From an uncultured Bdellovibrionales bacterium (GTDB taxonomy: Bacteria > Patescibacteriota > Minisyncoccia > Moranbacterales > UBA1568), in contig CAZOKB010000001.1 of NCBI GenBank assembly GCA_964580285.1, positions 9,366 through 73,365 on the forward strand: DNA of 64,000 nucleotides, in the 5' to 3' direction. The translations under genes and the position numbers were made by a program. Below, piece by piece: positions 9,449 through 20,064 of the stretch (positions within the stretch are counted from its first letter, which is position 1; the number at the start of each line of letters is the position of its first letter). Below the pieces are notes generated by a model, which worked only from the letters and a program-made list of their open reading frames with translations, had not been told where the DNA came from and did not search any database.

Positions 9449-12016
9449 ATGACCACCAAGTCGAAAATCAAGAAAACAGAAGCGAGTACGCCTTCCGAAT
9501 GGATTGAGGTGCGGGGTGCGTGTACGCATAACCTCAAGAATATCGATGTCGATATGCCACGGAACCGGATGGTGGTCTTGACCGGGCTTTCCGGGTCAGG
9601 CAAGTCATCACTTGCGTTCGACACTATTTTTGCCGAGGGGCAGCGGCGTTACGTGGAATCTTTGTCCGCGTATGCGCGCCAATTCTTGAATACGATGCAG
9701 AAGCCGGATGTGGATGAGATCCGTGGTCTTTCGCCAGCTATTTCCATTGATCAGAAATCGGCGAGCCGTAATCCGCGTTCCACCGTGGCGACGGTTACGG
9801 AAATCTATGACTATCTCCGGGTGCTCTTTGCGCGACTCGGTCGGCCGCACTGCCTCACCTGTGATCGCGAGATCAAGAAGCTTTCGTCCGAAGAGATGCT
9901 GGAATTGGTCCGTGAGCGAGTAAAGAAAGCGAAACAATCAGGAAATCTCATTATTACCGCTCCGGTGGTTCGCGGGCGCAAAGGGGAGTACTATCAGCTG
10001 CTCTATAACGCTCTCAATAAGGGATTCTCAGAAATTTTTCTTGATGGGAAACGGCACAGTTTACGAGAACAAGTTCTTCTCTCAAAACACAAGAAGCATG
10101 ATATCGATCTTATTGTCGACGATATTCCTTTGCATGAGTTTGCTCAGTTTCCACAGACTTCAGAGGAACGGTTGTCAGAGGCCGTTGAGCGAGCGCTCGT
10201 AGAAAGCGATGGACTCGTGAAGGTGATGCTGGATGGAGAGGCAGTGATCCTTTCAGCGCGTTTCTCGTGTCCGTATGATGGCTTCTCGTATCCGGAAGTC
10301 GAGCCGCGGCTTTTTTCTTTCAATTCACCCTATGGTGCCTGTCAGGCCTGCAATGGTCTTGGGACAAAGCATTTTTTCGGTGACGAACTGTGCGAAGTGT
10401 GCCATGGTACCCGGTTGCGCGAAGAAGCGCTGCATATTTTGGTAGGTGGCAAAAATATCGTTGAAATTGTAGCGTTAACCACCCGTGAGGCCCAAGCTTT
10501 TTTTGAAGCGCTCGCATTGACCCCGCGTGAACAGCAGATCGCTTCGGTCGTGCGACGGGAGATTGGTGGTCGGCTCCAGTTTTTGCTCAATGTCGGTTTG
10601 GATTATCTCACCCTGGATCGGCGCGCCAATACGCTCTCCGGCGGCGAAGCGCAGCGTATTCGTCTGGCATCCCAGTTGGGGAGCCAGTTAGTCGGAGCGC
10701 TCTATGTGCTCGATGAACCGACGATCGGTCTGCACAGCCGAGACAATGATCGTCTTATTGAGACCTTGAAAAACCTCCGAGCACTCGGGAATACCATCCT
10801 TATCGTTGAGCATGATGAGGATACCATTTATGCGAGTGACTATATTGTGGATATCGGTCCGGGAGCTGGAGTGCACGGCGGAGAAGTGGTGGTGTCGGGG
10901 TTTTTGGAAGACCTTTTGATGGCGAAAAAAAATACTTCGGGGTCATTAACACTCGCCTACTTGCGTGGTGAAGAAAAAATACCCGTTCCGAAAATCCGTC
11001 GGCATAAGGATAAAGGCTCGCTCAAGGTGCGAGGTGCCCGGCTTTTCAATATCAAGGATCTGAATGTTGATGTGCCGCTGGGGCGCTTTATCTCCGTGAC
11101 TGGCGTTTCGGGATCGGGTAAGTCTACCTTTCTTTACGATATTCTGCATAAGAATCTGCAGGCCCGCTTTGATCGCCGCTACAAATCGAACGAAGTCTTT
11201 CATTGCAAGAGTTTTTCGGGCAGTGAATATCTTTCACGTGCAGTCATGATTGATCAGTCACCGATCGGGCGCACGCCGCGTTCTAATCCGGCGACCTATA
11301 CTGGAGCCTGGACGCATGTGCGGGACCTCTTTGCTTCGACGGAAGAGGCGCGGGTACGGGGCTGGAAGAGCGGCCGGTTTTCTTTCAATCGTCCTGGTGG
11401 ACGATGCGAAACGTGTGAGGGGAATGGTTTCATCGCGGTGGAGATGCACTTCTTGCCGACGGTGTATGTACCCTGCGATGTCTGTGATGGCAAACGCTTC
11501 ACGAAAGAGACACTCGAAGTGAAGTACAAGCATAAAACTATCCATGAGGTGCTCGAGATGACAATTGAAGAAGCTCATGCATTCTTCTACGAGATTCCGG
11601 CGATTGCGGATCGGCTCAAAACGCTCAACGAAGTCGGGCTCGGTTACTTGAAGCTTGGTCAATCAGCAACGACACTTTCTGGTGGCGAGGCTCAGCGGGT
11701 GAAAATCGCTTCCGAACTCTATCGACCGCATGTGGAACGAACCATCTATCTGCTTGATGAGCCGACCATTGGTCTGCACTATGCTGACGTGAAAAAGCTG
11801 ATCGAGATCCTGGACCGGTTGGTCGATAAGGGGAATACGGTGATGACGATTGAGCATAATTTGGATTTCATCAAATCTTCCGACTATGTCATTGATATCG
11901 GTCCTGAGGGTGGATCGGGCGGAGGGAAAATCGTGGCCAGCGGCACGCCGGAAGAAGTCGCTAAGGTAATCGAATCGTATACGGGGCATTATTTGAAGAA
12001 AGTCTTACGGGCTTAA
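9449..12016 (+). CDS. uvrA: Excinuclease ABC subunit A, paralog 1 (short; lacks the insertion domain)
   Basis: Two Walker A motifs ([18 protein letters not shown]), two LSGGEAQR signatures, Zn sites; ATG at 9449 gives 855 aa. Confidence 0.95.
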   Translation: MTTKSKIKKTEASTPSEWIEVRGACTHNLKNIDVDMPRNRMVVLTGLSGSGKSSLAFDTIFAEGQRRYVESLSAYARQFLNTMQKPDVDEIRGLSPAISIDQKSASRNPRSTVATVTEIYDYLRVLFARLGRPHCLTCDREIKKLSSEEMLELVRERVKKAKQSGNLIITAPVVRGRKGEYYQLLYNALNKGFSEIFLDGKRHSLREQVLLSKHKKHDIDLIVDDIPLHEFAQFPQTSEERLSEAVERALVESDGLVKVMLDGEAVILSARFSCPYDGFSYPEVEPRLFSFNSPYGACQACNGLGTKHFFGDELCEVCHGTRLREEALHILVGGKNIVEIVALTTREAQAFFEALALTPREQQIASVVRREIGGRLQFLLNVGLDYLTLDRRANTLSGGEAQRIRLASQLGSQLVGALYVLDEPTIGLHSRDNDRLIETLKNLRALGNTILIVEHDEDTIYASDYIVDIGPGAGVHGGEVVVSGFLEDLLMAKKNTSGSLTLAYLRGEEKIPVPKIRRHKDKGSLKVRGARLFNIKDLNVDVPLGRFISVTGVSGSGKSTFLYDILHKNLQARFDRRYKSNEVFHCKSFSGSEYLSRAVMIDQSPIGRTPRSNPATYTGAWTHVRDLFASTEEARVRGWKSGRFSFNRPGGRCETCEGNGFIAVEMHFLPTVYVPCDVCDGKRFTKETLEVKYKHKTIHEVLEMTIEEAHAFFYEIPAIADRLKTLNEVGLGYLKLGQSATTLSGGEAQRVKIASELYRPHVERTIYLLDEPTIGLHYADVKKLIEILDRLVDKGNTVMTIEHNLDFIKSSDYVIDIGPEGGSGGGKIVASGTPEEVAKVIESYTGHYLKKVLRA

Positions 12017-12053
12017 GGGTGTTTAACAAACTTTAACCAAAACACAAAGAGGT

Positions 12054-12644
12054 ATGGAACATGTTTTTATCTTTCTTACTCAAGCCCTGCCTGATCATTG
12101 GATGCTGGCAACATTTATTGGAGCACTTGTGGCCGGAGAAAATGCGATTTTGGTTGCCTTGATCTTTGCTACAAAACAATCGAGCGGTATGATACTAGGA
12201 GTGTTAGTAACGGCCTACGTGGCTACCTTGATAGCAGATATCTGCTGGTACGTGTTGGGGAAGTATGGGTTTGCGTCTATGAACCGTAAACAGGCTTCGC
12301 ATGAAATTCCGGAATCAATGATCAAAAAACTCTTTGATAAGCATATTTTTTCCTCGCTCTTGCTGATTAAGTTTCTTGTTGGGTTGCGTGTTGTGCTCAC
12401 ACTCTATCTGGCTACCAAAAAAGAATTGACCTTCTGGCGTTACCTCTGGTTTGATTCACTCGGTATTATTCTCTTCCTCGGCGTCTTATTAGCTCTTGCT
12501 TGGTTTGTGATCGGTGGGACAGGAAATGCTCTGGATACTTACCAGATGATCGTGAGATTGGTTACGACGCTTGTCTTTATGACCTTTGTGACTCACTTAG
12601 CAACTTTCCTCATTCGTCGGCGAGCCCAGAGTAGCGAGTTATGA
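12054..12644 (+). CDS. DedA-like membrane protein
   Basis: GE motif, AD..WY..GK, KFLVGLR, multiple TM helices. Confidence 0.7.
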   Translation: MEHVFIFLTQALPDHWMLATFIGALVAGENAILVALIFATKQSSGMILGVLVTAYVATLIADICWYVLGKYGFASMNRKQASHEIPESMIKKLFDKHIFSSLLLIKFLVGLRVVLTLYLATKKELTFWRYLWFDSLGIILFLGVLLALAWFVIGGTGNALDTYQMIVRLVTTLVFMTFVTHLATFLIRRRAQSSEL

Positions 12645-13243
12645 GTGTTACTCGTGAATCGGTACTGTACGATGATTTCGGTCATTCGATCCTGATCCGT
12701 CGGCGACGCGGTCTCAAACAGTTGCGTATCGCTGTGGCTCACGATGGTCGCGTGACAGTGACAGCAGCGCAGATCGTGCCTTTCTTTTTGATTCAGCGTT
12801 TTGTTGAACGGAAGCGAGAATGGATTACTCGGACGCAAGAAAGTTTTCGAATAAAAGGATATGCTTCGAGGCTTTCGGATGAAGCACGGCGAGCACGTTT
12901 TCTGAAGTATCGGAGTGAAGCGCTCGTAATAGTGACAGAGCGAGTTCAGCAGTTGAGTCAGGAATTCGAATGTAGCCCGGGAAACATTACGATTCGCGAT
13001 CAGCGGACACGGTGGGGGAGCTGCTCGGCACGAGGAGCACTCTCGTTCAATTATCGGATTGTTTTTTTACCAGAGCATTTGGTGGACTATATCGTTGTAC
13101 ATGAACTGTGTCATCTCCGTGAGCTGAACCACGGGCCTCGTTTCTGGCGGTTGCTCGAGAGCATACTGCCGGATGCTGAGCTCCGTCGCGAAGAATTGCG
13201 ATCACTCTCGCTGCTCGATGCCGGACACGGTGACGGGCTGTAA
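12641..13243 (+). CDS. YgjP/M48-like zinc metallohydrolase
   Basis: RWGSCS and DYIVVHELCHL..NHG..FW motifs. Confidence 0.9.
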   Translation: MSVTRESVLYDDFGHSILIRRRRGLKQLRIAVAHDGRVTVTAAQIVPFFLIQRFVERKREWITRTQESFRIKGYASRLSDEARRARFLKYRSEALVIVTERVQQLSQEFECSPGNITIRDQRTRWGSCSARGALSFNYRIVFLPEHLVDYIVVHELCHLRELNHGPRFWRLLESILPDAELRREELRSLSLLDAGHGDGL

Positions 13244-13274
13244 AAGATGTTTTTTATACACAAGACCTCGAAGA

Positions 13275-13358
13275 TCTCCGGGGAGCACAAGGGTTTTTCC
13301 TGATGCCCGAGACTTCCGAGGCGATAGCAAGGGAAAAATTGCTTGTGTTCCACGGAGA
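13275..13358 (+). repeat. Hairpin repeat family copy 2 (opposite orientation to copies 1, 3, 5)
   Basis: TCTCCGGGGAGCACAAG..TGCCCGAGACTTCCGAGGCGATAGCA..CTTGTGTTCCACGGAGA. Confidence 0.9.
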
Positions 13359-13422
13359 ACTATAACCCAGGAGGTGTAACAAAGTGGTATACTGAGTATG
13401 TATTATCCTTCATACCAAAACT

Positions 13423-14652
13423 ATGTGGTCATGGCTGCAGGGAAAGACGAATGAGGCTCCGAAGAGTGGAGCGGGACATGAAGAGGTCAGTGAGAAACGG
13501 ACGACCAAGGTCGGCTATCTCCTCCTGTTTTTCATGGGGCTCTTCATCGTGATCATCGGGCAGACGATCTTTAGTGATATCGGCCGGATACCGAATCAAC
13601 CAGAAGGCCTCTCTTCATGTTCGCGAGAATTTGCTGCATTACTGGATTCTCGCTGGGTCGATGCGCCGATTACACATACGGATGTCTACGCGACTGGATA
13701 CGATGAGATAAGAGACACCTACCAGGTGGATGATTTGACGAAGCAGCAGTGCCGGTTTAGCCGATACGAAGAAGCATCGGGTGCTGCCGCCACCTTGCGG
13801 GCCGCCTACCCGGACCTCAAGCGGTACTACGCGCTCGAGGATCCGATTAATCGGGTAGAAAGAGATCTGAATACTCTCAAACCAGAAAGGACTCTAAAAC
13901 AGGAAGCATACGATATCAGTTTGCAGGAGCGTCAGGCGGGTATTCCGACGCCGGTGATGGATTCGGAGCAGGCGGGGAGTTCCCTTAAGACGGATACGCA
14001 AGCCGTCATGAGGCTCGAGTCGGAGAGAAAGGCTCTGTTGTCCGAGCGGGCAGCTATCTTGGATGCGATCAGAGGCACCGCAAGCGGTTTTGAGACTGAA
14101 CGGCAGCGGGCGAAAGAGCTCTATCTATCAGCTTACAACTGGTATCGCATCAAGGTCTTCCTTCTCTCATTGCTTTTCGTTCTGCCGTTGTTCCTGTATG
14201 CGCTCAGGCGGTATTTTTCTTGGAAGCGCGAGGATAGCCCATATACTATCATCGTCGGCGCACTGCTTGGCGCTTTCTCAGTACTCTTGTTGCAGGTCGT
14301 TGGCATGTTCCTCTATGAGATCATTCCGCGTCGGATTATCCAATTGCTGATCGAGTTTTTCACGCAGTTTGCATTTCTGCGCTACGTGCTGTATTACGGA
14401 TCGGTGCTGCTGGTGATCGTCTTGTTCGGTGGCATCGTGTACTATATCCAGAAGACGGTCTTCAGCCGGGAGGCGGTCGCGCTCAGGTCTCTCAAGGATC
14501 GCAAGTGTCCGATCTGTTCCTTCTCAATCGACCTCTCCATGAAGCACTGTCCGAAATGTGGGCACCGGCTACAGTCCGAGTGCGCGAGCTGTCACGGAAT
14601 GCGCTTCGAGGACCTGCCGGTGTGTCATCAGTGTGGTGCGCGCCGGGGATAG
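13423..14652 (+). CDS. Membrane protein with a large extracytoplasmic coiled-coil domain and C-terminal double zinc ribbon
   Basis: 1+3 TM helices; CPIC, CPKC, CASC, CHQC; TGGTATACT promoter at 13385-13393. Confidence 0.85.
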   Translation: MWSWLQGKTNEAPKSGAGHEEVSEKRTTKVGYLLLFFMGLFIVIIGQTIFSDIGRIPNQPEGLSSCSREFAALLDSRWVDAPITHTDVYATGYDEIRDTYQVDDLTKQQCRFSRYEEASGAAATLRAAYPDLKRYYALEDPINRVERDLNTLKPERTLKQEAYDISLQERQAGIPTPVMDSEQAGSSLKTDTQAVMRLESERKALLSERAAILDAIRGTASGFETERQRAKELYLSAYNWYRIKVFLLSLLFVLPLFLYALRRYFSWKREDSPYTIIVGALLGAFSVLLLQVVGMFLYEIIPRRIIQLLIEFFTQFAFLRYVLYYGSVLLVIVLFGGIVYYIQKTVFSREAVALRSLKDRKCPICSFSIDLSMKHCPKCGHRLQSECASCHGMRFEDLPVCHQCGARRG

Positions 14653-14692
14653 TCTGTTGCCAAGGAACGTTCGGAATGAGTGTGTCTAATGT

Positions 14693-14788
14693 ATCGTCTC
14701 TCCGAGCCACGAAAGAAATTTCCCCCTTGCTATCGCCTCGGAAGTCTCGGGCATCGGGGAAAACTTCTTTCGCGTCCCGGGAGACGAT
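14693..14788 (-). repeat. Hairpin repeat family copy 3
   Basis: ATCGTCTC..GCTATCGCCTCGGAAGTCTCGGGCA..GAGACGAT. Confidence 0.9.
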
Positions 14789-14858
14789 TGACCCAGGAGA
14801 GATCTCGATGAATAAAATAATCTTTTTCATATCCGGGGGGCGTTCTAAGAGGATATCG

Positions 14859-14891
14859 AAAAAAGAAAAAGGACAACGGTGAGGTTGTCCT
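14859..14891 (-). terminator. Intrinsic terminator of the orphan gene 14911-15264
   Basis: - strand AGGACAAC-loop-GTTGTCCT followed by TTTTCTTTTTT. Confidence 0.75.
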
Positions 14892-14910
14892 GGGTTGGGG
14901 GGGGCGGAGA

Positions 14911-15264
14911 CTAGTCGTAGTCTTCCGGCCGTTCGCCGGCGGCAGCCATTTGGCCGGTGAAAGCGCGTCGGTGGACGGGGAGCTTCTCCAGCGGTGGAGT
15001 CACGGGTTTTGAAGGAGAGACTGATTGCGACTGGATCTTCTTTTTAGCTTTTTCGGCCCAGAGCTTCTGATCGGTGCCGAGCGAGCGCTTGATGCGCTTT
15101 TCGACAGCCCGAAAAAGATAGTTGTAAGTCGCCTTTCGGGTTGGATCTGAATGAAAGACACCTTTTTTATGAACAGCACTGGCAAAGGCAGCCTTGAAAT
15201 CAAGATCGTTTGCGAGACCAAGGATAACCTGGTCGCGGAGGGCACACTCGAATTCTGAAGACAT
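14911..15264 (-). CDS. Orphan basic protein (117 aa)
   Basis: AAGGAG SD, consensus promoter and terminator bracket the ORF; function not recognised. Confidence 0.8.
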   Translation of the reverse strand: MSSEFECALRDQVILGLANDLDFKAAFASAVHKKGVFHSDPTRKATYNYLFRAVEKRIKRSLGTDQKLWAEKAKKKIQSQSVSPSKPVTPPLEKLPVHRRAFTGQMAAAGERPEDYD

Positions 15265-15274
15265 AGACTTCTCC

Positions 15275-15324
15275 TTGCGTAACGTACTGTTACATATTAT
15301 ACTACTTTTTCATGTTTTAGTCAA
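15275..15324. promoter_or_regulatory. Overlapping divergent sigma70 promoters (orphan gene / uvrC)
   Basis: - strand TTGACT-17-TATAAT (15324-15296); + strand TTGCGT-17-TATACT (15275-15303). Confidence 0.7.
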
Positions 15325-15326
15325 CT

Positions 15327-16577
15327 ATGCCAAAGATACCGTGGACCGAAAAGATGGATATCGCTGTCTGGCGCCAGGATACGGTGCTGTTGCCGGAATG
15401 TCCGGGGGTTTATTTTTTCTTGGGAGAAGCAGAGGAAATTTTGTATATCGGGAAAGCAACCTCGCTGCGGGACCGGGTCCGGAGTTATTTCTCGGGAGAT
15501 ATCATAGAGACGCGCGGCCCGAAGATTGGGCTGATGCTTGAACGGGCGCAGATGATCGCATATCGAGTCACGGACTCGGTACTGGAAGCCCTGCTTTTGG
15601 AATCGAGACTGATCAAAGAGCACCAGCCGATCTACAATACGGATGAAAAAGATGACAAGAGCTTTAATCATGTAGTGATGACGGATGAAGAGTTTCCGCG
15701 TGTACTCCTGGTACGCGGACGGGATTTTGCGCAGGGGAAGTTTCGTGATCCGGTGCGGAAAATCTTCGGACCGTTTCCGGCTGGGACACAGCTACGTGAG
15801 GCGATGAAGATTGTACGGCGGATTTTTCCATTCCGGGATACGTGCGTACCCGGGAGCGGAACATTGTGTTTTCAAGCTCAGCTTGGTTTGTGTCCGGGCG
15901 TATGTGCAGGATCGATGCCGAGAGCCGAGTATCAAAAGCGGATTCGCAATATAGAACTCTTTTTTGAAGGCAAGAAATCGTTGGTAGTGAAAGCGATTGA
16001 ACGAACCATGCGAACGGCGGCTCAGGAACTCCGCTTTGAAGAAGCTGAGCAATGTAAACGGCAGCTTTTCGCTCTCTCTCATATCCAGGATCTAACGCTC
16101 GTCAAAGATGATTTGAGGGCGGTGCAGCCGCACCGGATCGAAGCGTATGATGTGGCGCATCTCGGTGGGGAGGAGACGGTCGGGGTCATGACAGTGGTTG
16201 AGCGTGGTCGACCAAACAAAGATGAATATCGGCAGTTCGTGTTGCGAGATGAACACGGAGGGAATGATCTTACAGCCCTTGAAGAGGTCTTACACCGTCG
16301 GCTGGGTCATGCGGAATGGCGTTGGCCGGAAATTATCGTGGTGGATGGTGCGTTATTGCAGCAGGGTGTGGCTGAGCGCTTATTAACTGAAGCAGGTTTA
16401 TTTCTTCCGGTGATCGGTGTGGTTAAAAATGCTAAGCATCAGCCTGACCACCTTATTGGACCAGAGGGGCTTCTGGAGCGGTTTCGTGCGGATGTATTGC
16501 TCGCTAACGCTGAAGCACACCGTTTTGCTCTGGCTCTCCATCGTAAGCGTAAACGTCAATCTTTTTTAGCAACCTAG
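15327..16577 (+). CDS. uvrC: Excinuclease ABC subunit C, shortened form
   Basis: GIY-YIG (GVYFF..LYIGKA), Cys-rich region, UVR domain, RNase H-like IEAYD..VVDG..EAHRFA; no C-terminal HhH. Confidence 0.92.
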   Translation: MPKIPWTEKMDIAVWRQDTVLLPECPGVYFFLGEAEEILYIGKATSLRDRVRSYFSGDIIETRGPKIGLMLERAQMIAYRVTDSVLEALLLESRLIKEHQPIYNTDEKDDKSFNHVVMTDEEFPRVLLVRGRDFAQGKFRDPVRKIFGPFPAGTQLREAMKIVRRIFPFRDTCVPGSGTLCFQAQLGLCPGVCAGSMPRAEYQKRIRNIELFFEGKKSLVVKAIERTMRTAAQELRFEEAEQCKRQLFALSHIQDLTLVKDDLRAVQPHRIEAYDVAHLGGEETVGVMTVVERGRPNKDEYRQFVLRDEHGGNDLTALEEVLHRRLGHAEWRWPEIIVVDGALLQQGVAERLLTEAGLFLPVIGVVKNAKHQPDHLIGPEGLLERFRADVLLANAEAHRFALALHRKRKRQSFLAT

Positions 16578-16629
16578 AGGGGGGCGAAACGGATCTGGGT
16601 AGACACCGTGTCTTTGACGGAGCGGGGTG

Positions 16630-16658
16630 TTGACATTTTAAAAAGGGCATGGTACAAC
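16630..16658 (+). promoter_or_regulatory. sigma70 promoter of the orphan gene
   Basis: TTGACA-17-TACAAC with TG extension. Confidence 0.65.
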
Positions 16659-16691
16659 GAAAGACCCCTCTTTTTTGAGAAGGAGAGAAGT

Positions 16692-17036
16692 ATGAAGTGG
16701 ATGAGTCGAGTTGTTTTTATAGGAATCTGTATCTTGGTCACCATGACAGCATTGAGACGAGAAGAACATGGGGTCCTTTGGGGTCTTACCGCTCTGATTG
16801 TCTCTCTCGTTTTGTTCCTTTGGATGCTGGAACGGCAACGGAAATCCGTCTTGTTGGCTGAATTAGTGCAGGTGGACAGGGAAATGCATAGGTCTACGAA
16901 TAGTCTCGTGCATAGTCGGCTTTCTGCTCGACGGCAAGCCATTAAACATGAGCTGACTCAACGTTTTGGGATGACGTCTCAAACAGTTGATCAGCATTTG
17001 ATACGTTCCCATGAGCGGCGAAAAACGCGTCGCTAG
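16692..17036 (+). CDS. Orphan two-TM protein (114 aa)
   Basis: AAGGAG SD before ATG 16692; two TM helices and a basic tail; terminator AGCCGG..CCGGCTTTTT at 17035-17061. Confidence 0.75.
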   Translation: MKWMSRVVFIGICILVTMTALRREEHGVLWGLTALIVSLVLFLWMLERQRKSVLLAELVQVDREMHRSTNSLVHSRLSARRQAIKHELTQRFGMTSQTVDQHLIRSHERRKTRR

Positions 17037-17140
17037 CCGGTACCCTTGGTGCCGGCTTTTTCTTTGTGTTTACAGCCTCAAAGAAAAGCAGTACAATGAA
17101 AAAACTGTATCGATTTTTTTGAGAGCTTGCATTAAGGGGT

Positions 17141-19948
17141 ATGCCAGAAAAAAAACCGGTGATCGAAGTGCGGGGGGCGCGGGTGAATAACCTGAAGAAT
17201 GTAAGCGTCGATATTCCACGCAATGCGCTCGTGGTGGTGACGGGTCTTTCCGGATCCGGAAAATCCTCCTTGGCTTTTGATGTTATTTTTGCGGAAGCGA
17301 ATCGGCGCTATGTCGAATCGCTTTCTTCGTATGCCAGAAATTTTCTCGAAGGGTTCGAGAAGCCGGATGTTGATGCTATCAACAATCTTTCACCAGCAAT
17401 TTCTATTGATCAGAAAAGCGTGTCACGCAGTCCGCGTTCGACAGTGGGGACCATGACCGAAGTGTATGATTTTCTTCGGGTACTTTTTGCAAAAGCTGGA
17501 ACACCCCATTGCCCTGTCTGTGGAAAAATGCTTGCGCGCATGACGGTACGCCAGGTGATGGACGAGCTCTTGCTGCTCCCGGATCGTATGGGCATAGCTA
17601 TTTTGGCTCACAGTAATCAGACTGATGGGAAATCAGAACGGGCAGCGTTAGAGATGATTGATCACTGGGGATATGTGCGAGTGCGCCGAGAAGGGGAGAT
17701 TATGCCCATTGCGGATGCCTTGGCTTCCGCCTCTGCTTCTGAAGAGAAATCTCTTGATGTGGTGATCGACCGGATCGTGATCGATCAGGCTCGGCCGGAT
17801 AAGGAGCGTTTATTGGATTCTTTAGCGACAGGATTCCAGCTGGGTCAGGGAACACTCACGGTGACACTGAATGGGAGCGGTGAGGAGCGGGTGTATAACG
17901 ATGAATATCGTTGTGATGCTTGCCATATCCGCTTACCCGAGCCGACACCAAGTTCCTTCTCGTTCAATAATCCGGATGGGGCCTGTCCGAAGTGCACCGG
18001 TCTTGGGAAAACGCTGGAATTCGATCCCGAATTGATCGTGCCAAACCATAATCTTTCCTTGATGGAAGGCGCTATACGCCCGTGGAGTAAGATGAATGGG
18101 GAGCGGCAGCGCGAAAGCGGTCCGATGCAGGAGTTGGCTCAACTAGCAAAGCGTCTGCGCTTCTCTCTTTCGGTGCCGGTAAAGAAGCTTTCAGTGAAAC
18201 AGCTCAAGGCAGTGTTGTTTGGCGAGGAAGGATGGACAGAAGATGCGCGGAAGTTCCGTGGCGTGATCGCTTTTCTCGGAGAGAAGTATCGGGATACGAA
18301 ATCAGATCATTTGCGGCAAGAAATCGAGACATTCATGCAGTCGCATGTGTGTCCGGAATGTCATGGGCAACGCCTGAAAGCAGCAGCTCTTTCGGTACGG
18401 GTATTAGGATACTCAATTTTCGATTTGGCAGACATGAATGTAGAAGGTCTGATACGGAGAGCGAAAGAACTCAAAGCAAGTATTGTGAAAGCCGGTCACG
18501 AAAAGGCGGTGATTGATACTCTATTTCGTGAAATGGAGACGCGGCTTGTGGCAGTGGAGAAAGTCGGTCTTGGATACCTTTCGTTGTCGCGTGGCGCCGA
18601 TACGCTCTCTGGGGGTGAAGCGCAGCGGATCCGGCTTTCAGTGCAGATGAAATCGGGACTTTCGGGGATTATCTATGTTTTGGATGAACCCTCGGTTGGA
18701 CTGCATAGCCGGGATACGGATCGACTTATTGGAGCCTTGCTTGATCTGAAATCAGCGAACAATTCGCTCGTGGTCGTCGAACATGATGTGGCGATTATGC
18801 GTCAGGCGGATTATGTGGTGGATCTCGGTCCGGGTGCTGGTACAGAAGGTGGTGAAGTGATTTTTGCTGGAACGCCAGAAAAACTCTTGAAATCGAAGGT
18901 GCTCACGGGGGAATACCTTTCAGGAAGACGGAGGGTGTCTGAGAAGAAAAAAGCGCGCAAGTGGAATGGGGAAAGCATCACTGTTCTGGGAGCTAAAGAA
19001 CATAATCTCAAAAATATTGATGTGGATATTCCGTTAGGCATGCTCGTATCGATTGCGGGTGTTTCGGGATCAGGCAAGTCATCTTTGGTACACGATATCC
19101 TTTCGCGAGCTTTGGCGCAGCATTTTTATCATGCGAAGACTGAGCCGGGGGCCCACAAGAAAATCACTGGTCTTCAGCATATTGATAAGGTAATCACCGT
19201 GAATCAGGATCCGATCGGCCGGACGCCGCGTTCGAATGCAGCAACCTATACGGGGGTGTTCAGTCTCATTCGAGATGTGTTTGCGGCCACTCCGGAAGCC
19301 ATCAAAGAGCATTTTTCGGCGACGCATTTCAGCTTCAACATGAAGGGCGGTCGCTGTGAGGCCTGTCAGGGTGGCGGATTGCGCAAGATAGAAATGTATC
19401 TTTTACCGGATGTGTATGTGCCTTGCGAAGTATGCAACGGAACGCGCTATAATACCAAAACGCTGTCTATTGAATACCGAGGGACTAATATTTCCAGTGT
19501 TTTGCGCATGACGGTGTCTGAAGCGCGTCGTTTTTTCCTGGACCAACCGCATATAGAAGAAAAACTGCGTGTACTTGAGGAAGTAGGGTTGGGGTATCTT
19601 GTATTAGGCCAGAGTGCCACGAACCTTTCCGGAGGCGAAGCACAGCGTATTAAGCTGGCGACAGAATTGGCACGTAAATCGACAGGGAAAACATTGTATA
19701 TTTTGGATGAACCAACGATCGGGCTGCATTTCGAGGATGTGCGCCGGCTTTTGGAAGTACTGGAAGCTTTGGTGGACCGGGGGAACAGCGTTTTGGTAGT
19801 GGAGCACAATATCGATGTTATTCGGGCATCAGACTGGGTAATTGAACTCGGACCGGATAGCGGCGAGAAGGGGGGCGAACTGATTTTTTCTGGTGAGCCG
19901 ACTAAGCTCAAGGCTTGCAAGAAGAGCGCCACGGCGAAATACCTCTAG
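17141..19948 (+). CDS. uvrA: Excinuclease ABC subunit A, paralog 2 (full length, with insertion domain)
   Basis: Both ABC modules; about 115 aa insertion domain between CPKCTGLG and CPECHG. Confidence 0.95.
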   Translation: MPEKKPVIEVRGARVNNLKNVSVDIPRNALVVVTGLSGSGKSSLAFDVIFAEANRRYVESLSSYARNFLEGFEKPDVDAINNLSPAISIDQKSVSRSPRSTVGTMTEVYDFLRVLFAKAGTPHCPVCGKMLARMTVRQVMDELLLLPDRMGIAILAHSNQTDGKSERAALEMIDHWGYVRVRREGEIMPIADALASASASEEKSLDVVIDRIVIDQARPDKERLLDSLATGFQLGQGTLTVTLNGSGEERVYNDEYRCDACHIRLPEPTPSSFSFNNPDGACPKCTGLGKTLEFDPELIVPNHNLSLMEGAIRPWSKMNGERQRESGPMQELAQLAKRLRFSLSVPVKKLSVKQLKAVLFGEEGWTEDARKFRGVIAFLGEKYRDTKSDHLRQEIETFMQSHVCPECHGQRLKAAALSVRVLGYSIFDLADMNVEGLIRRAKELKASIVKAGHEKAVIDTLFREMETRLVAVEKVGLGYLSLSRGADTLSGGEAQRIRLSVQMKSGLSGIIYVLDEPSVGLHSRDTDRLIGALLDLKSANNSLVVVEHDVAIMRQADYVVDLGPGAGTEGGEVIFAGTPEKLLKSKVLTGEYLSGRRRVSEKKKARKWNGESITVLGAKEHNLKNIDVDIPLGMLVSIAGVSGSGKSSLVHDILSRALAQHFYHAKTEPGAHKKITGLQHIDKVITVNQDPIGRTPRSNAATYTGVFSLIRDVFAATPEAIKEHFSATHFSFNMKGGRCEACQGGGLRKIEMYLLPDVYVPCEVCNGTRYNTKTLSIEYRGTNISSVLRMTVSEARRFFLDQPHIEEKLRVLEEVGLGYLVLGQSATNLSGGEAQRIKLATELARKSTGKTLYILDEPTIGLHFEDVRRLLEVLEALVDRGNSVLVVEHNIDVIRASDWVIELGPDSGEKGGELIFSGEPTKLKACKKSATAKYL

Positions 19949-20064
19949 CCGAGCGTTGTTCGGAAGGGTACAAAACAAAAACATACAAACCAAATAAAAA
20001 TGAAAGGCTTCCTATTTCTGTATTTTTGTCTTGATATTTGATTTGGATTTTGAACTTTGTTGGT

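Noticed and set aside
9449-12016. UvrA-1 as a pseudogene
   Set aside because: The reading frame is intact, all ATPase and Zn motifs are retained, and the deletion is a clean domain excision.
4800-17140. LexA/SOS boxes upstream of uvrB, uvrA and uvrC
   Set aside because: No CTGT-N8-ACAG or GAAC-N4-GTTC site was seen consistently in these upstream regions.
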